Source of the DNA: Methylobacteriaceae bacterium
Lineage (GTDB): Bacteria > Pseudomonadota > Alphaproteobacteria > Rhizobiales > Beijerinckiaceae
Direction: 5' to 3'
DNA: 64,000 nt
NCBI GenBank assembly: GCA_947444195.1
Contig: CANEZL010000007.1
Coordinates: 4,235-68,234 of the forward strand
The first letter of the stretch is position 1, and each line of letters starts with the position of its first letter. Below, piece after piece: positions 61,567 to 64,000 of this stretch. The notes beneath the pieces are model-generated. The model ran no database searches and was not told the origin of the DNA. It saw only the letters and a list, made by a program, of their open reading frames with translations. The position numbers and the translations under genes were made by a program.

Positions 61567-61857
61567 CGGTCTTTCTCCCGGTTCCGGTCGCGCCGGCCCC
61601 GTGCACGGTCCGGGACAAGGTTCCGGATCCGGGAGCGGGGCCGCGCGAATCGAAGATGCGCTGCATTTGAGCACGCGCCGGGCGATCGGTGCGGCGCCGG
61701 CATCCGGCCAAGCCGCTGTGCTTGTTGCAGAACGGGTTCGGGTGTAAGACCCTGCCTCCAATCCGTCGGAGTTGGACGAGGACGTGCGAGCCGTGAGGCC
61801 GCGCCGCCGCGCCTCCGGCGTTCAGATCCCGCACCGTCCTGCCAGGAAGGAGCCGCC

Positions 61858-62268
61858 ATGGCTCGCGTCACCGTCGAAGACTGCATCGAGAAGGTCGAGA
61901 ACCGCTTCGAACTCGTCCTGCTCGCCAGCCACCGGGCCCGCCTGATCGCCGCCGGCGCGCCGCTCACCATCGACCGCGACCGCGACAAGAACCCCGTCGT
62001 GGCGCTGCGCGAGATCGGCGACGAGACGATCACGGCCGACGACCTCAAGGAGCAGCTCATCCACTCGATGCAGAAATACGTCGAGGTGGACGAGCCCGAG
62101 GCTGAGACGGTGCCGCTGCTGTCGAGTTCGCCCGCCGCCGCCGCGGTCGCCCCGCAATCCTCCTCCGACGACAGCGCGGTCCAGTTCGACCGGATGAGCG
62201 AGGAGGATCTCCTGCGCGGCCTCGAGAATCTCGCGCCCCCGGTGGAGACCGAGGAAGAGGGGGAGTGA
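61858..62268 (+). CDS. rpoZ: RNA polymerase omega subunit
   Basis: [32 protein letters not shown]. Confidence 0.97.
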   Translation: MARVTVEDCIEKVENRFELVLLASHRARLIAAGAPLTIDRDRDKNPVVALREIGDETITADDLKEQLIHSMQKYVEVDEPEAETVPLLSSSPAAAAVAPQSSSDDSAVQFDRMSEEDLLRGLENLAPPVETEEEGE

Positions 62269-62292
62269 TTCTCCCGCACGGATGAGGGTTCG

Positions 62293-62322
62293 GGCCCGGC
62301 GGCGACGCCGGGCCTTTTCTTT
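62293..62322 (+). terminator. Rho-independent terminator after rpoZ
   Basis: GGCCCGGCG-GCGA-CGCCGGGCC-TTTTCTTT. Confidence 0.8.
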
Positions 62323-62503
62323 GGGCGTTGCGGCAGAATCCGGCCTGTTGCGACGACGCGGATCTGGCGTGGTCGCGCGCGATGCGGAAAACTCATCCCT
62401 CGTCCCGGCATCGTCCCAGGCGCTCGCGCCCCGGGACGGTCGCGGAACCGGAAACCGCCGGCCCGGCCGGACCAAGCGAAGGGTGAAGGGTCTGTCTCGC
62501 GTT

Positions 62504-64000
62504 ATGATGCGCCAGTACGAACTCGTGGAGCGGGTCAAGCGCTACAACCCGGCCACGGACGAGGCCCTGCTCAACCGAGCCTACATCTACGCCATGCGCG
62601 CCCACGGCACGCAGAAGCGGGCCTCGGGGGATCCGTTCTTCGCCCATCCCCTGGAAGTGGCCGCGATCCTCACCGATCTGCGCCTCGACGACGCGACCAT
62701 CGTGGCCGCCGTCCTGCACGACACGGTGGAGGACACCGCGGCGACGCTGGACGAGATCCGCGAGCTGTTCAGCCCCGAGATCGGCGTCCTCGTGGACGGG
62801 CTGACCAAGCTCAAGCGCCTCGATCTCGTCTCGAAGCGGGCGGCCCAGGGCGAGAACTTCCGCAAGCTCCTGCTGGCGGTGGCGGCGGACGTGCGCGTGC
62901 TCCTCGTCAAGCTCGCCGACCGCCTGCACAACATGCGCACCCTCGGGCACATGCCGGCCGAGAAGCGCGCCCGCATCGCGCAGGAGACCCTCGACATCTA
63001 CGCGCCGCTCGCCGGCCGCATGGGCATGCAGGAACTGCGCGACGAGCTCGAGGACCTCTCCCTGCGCAACCTCAAGCCCGAGATCTACGCCACCATCACC
63101 CAGCGCCTGACCCAGCTCTCGGCCAAGTCCGAGCAGCTCGTGGAGAGCATCGAGCGCGACCTCACCGCCAAGCTCGCCGCGCAGGGCATCGTGGCGAGCG
63201 TCACCGGGCGCCTGAAGAAGCCGTTCTCGATCTGGTCGAAGATGGAGCGCAAGTCCGTCGCCTTCGAGCAGCTCTCGGACATCTTCGGCTTCCGCGTCGT
63301 GGTGCAGACCCTGCCCGAATGCTACGCGGCGCTGGGCGTCGTGCACACGAGCTGGCCGATGGTGCCCGGCCGCTACAAGGACTACGTCTCGACGCCGAAG
63401 CAGAACGACTACCGCTCGATCCACACCACGGTGATCGGCCCCAAGAGCCAGCGCGTCGAGCTCCAGATCCGCACCGAGGCGATGGAGGAGATCGCCGAGT
63501 ACGGCATCGCCGCCCACGCCCATTACAAGGAGGCGTCCGGCGGACGCGAGGAGGGCGGCATCCACCCCAGGCTCGCCACCGAGAGCGGCGCCTACCAGTG
63601 GCTGCGCCGCACCATCGAGCTCCTCGCCGAGGGCGACAGCCCGGAGGAGTTCCTGGAGCACACCAAGCTCGAACTGTTCCAGGACCAGGTCTTCTGCTTC
63701 ACCCCGAAGGGCCGCCTCATCGCCCTGCCACGGGGGGCCACCCCCATCGACTTCGCCTACGCGGTCCACACCGATGTCGGCAACTCGGCGGTGGGCGCCA
63801 AGATCAACGGGCGCATCGTGCCCCTCCTGCACGAGCTGACCAACGGCGACGAGGTGGAGATCGCCCGCTCCGACGGGGCGGCGCCCCCCGCGGCCTGGGA
63901 ATCCCTCGTCGTCACCGGCAAGGCGCGCGCGGCCATCCGCCGGGCGACGCGCTCGGCGGTGCGGCGGCAATATGCCGGCCTCGGCCGCCAGATCCTCGAC
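62504..64000 (+). CDS. spoT: Bifunctional (p)ppGpp synthetase/hydrolase (RelA/SpoT), truncated by the window edge
   Basis: Not in the ORF track (no stop in the window). Manual translation: MMRQYELVERV, AHGTQKRASGDPFFAHP, LHDTVED, KLADRLHNMR, GRLKKPFSI, YRSIHT, VFCFTPKG..DFAYAVHT. Confidence 0.96.
   Translation, partial: MMRQYELVERVKRYNPATDEALLNRAYIYAMRAHGTQKRASGDPFFAHPLEVAAILTDLRLDDATIVAAVLHDTVEDTAATLDEIRELFSPEIGVLVDGLTKLKRLDLVSKRAAQGENFRKLLLAVAADVRVLLVKLADRLHNMRTLGHMPAEKRARIAQETLDIYAPLAGRMGMQELRDELEDLSLRNLKPEIYATITQRLTQLSAKSEQLVESIERDLTAKLAAQGIVASVTGRLKKPFSIWSKMERKSVAFEQLSDIFGFRVVVQTLPECYAALGVVHTSWPMVPGRYKDYVSTPKQNDYRSIHTTVIGPKSQRVELQIRTEAMEEIAEYGIAAHAHYKEASGGREEGGIHPRLATESGAYQWLRRTIELLAEGDSPEEFLEHTKLELFQDQVFCFTPKGRLIALPRGATPIDFAYAVHTDVGNSAVGAKINGRIVPLLHELTNGDEVEIARSDGAAPPAAWESLVVTGKARAAIRRATRSAVRRQYAGLGRQILD

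Overview
64 kb of a high-GC (about 70% or more by eye) alphaproteobacterial chromosome; gene content and repeat families suggest Methylobacterium or a close relative. Most of it is housekeeping or metabolic: a PrsD/PrsE-type type I secretion pair, plsX-fabH-ihfA, tsaD-gpsA, a LysR-linked D-glucarate pathway (kdgD-gudP-gudD-KGSADH), tRNA-Leu(UAA), map-radC, an ATP-grasp/alpha-E/transglutaminase/Anbu operon, a TPP-riboswitch thiOSGE operon, the F0 ATP synthase operon, dciA-mutY-ccrM, fabD-fabG-acpP-fabF and rpoZ-spoT. The clear outlier is a 2.65 kb AT-rich insert (53111-55750) between converging yidB-like and fabF genes. It encodes a ParB/Srx-like protein with a putative HEPN-like tail plus a Dam/D12-class adenine methyltransferase, a candidate RM-like anti-phage module. 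It has no integrase, a 6-bp direct repeat at its borders, and recoded 3' ends on both flanking genes. Smaller signals include an AT-hook tail on MutY, hairpin (MITE/REP-like) repeats, 11-bp tandem arrays in divergent promoters and a 15-bp duplication at the thiG/thiE junction. No CRISPR array, transposase or integrase was seen. All calls come from motif reading; no searches were run.
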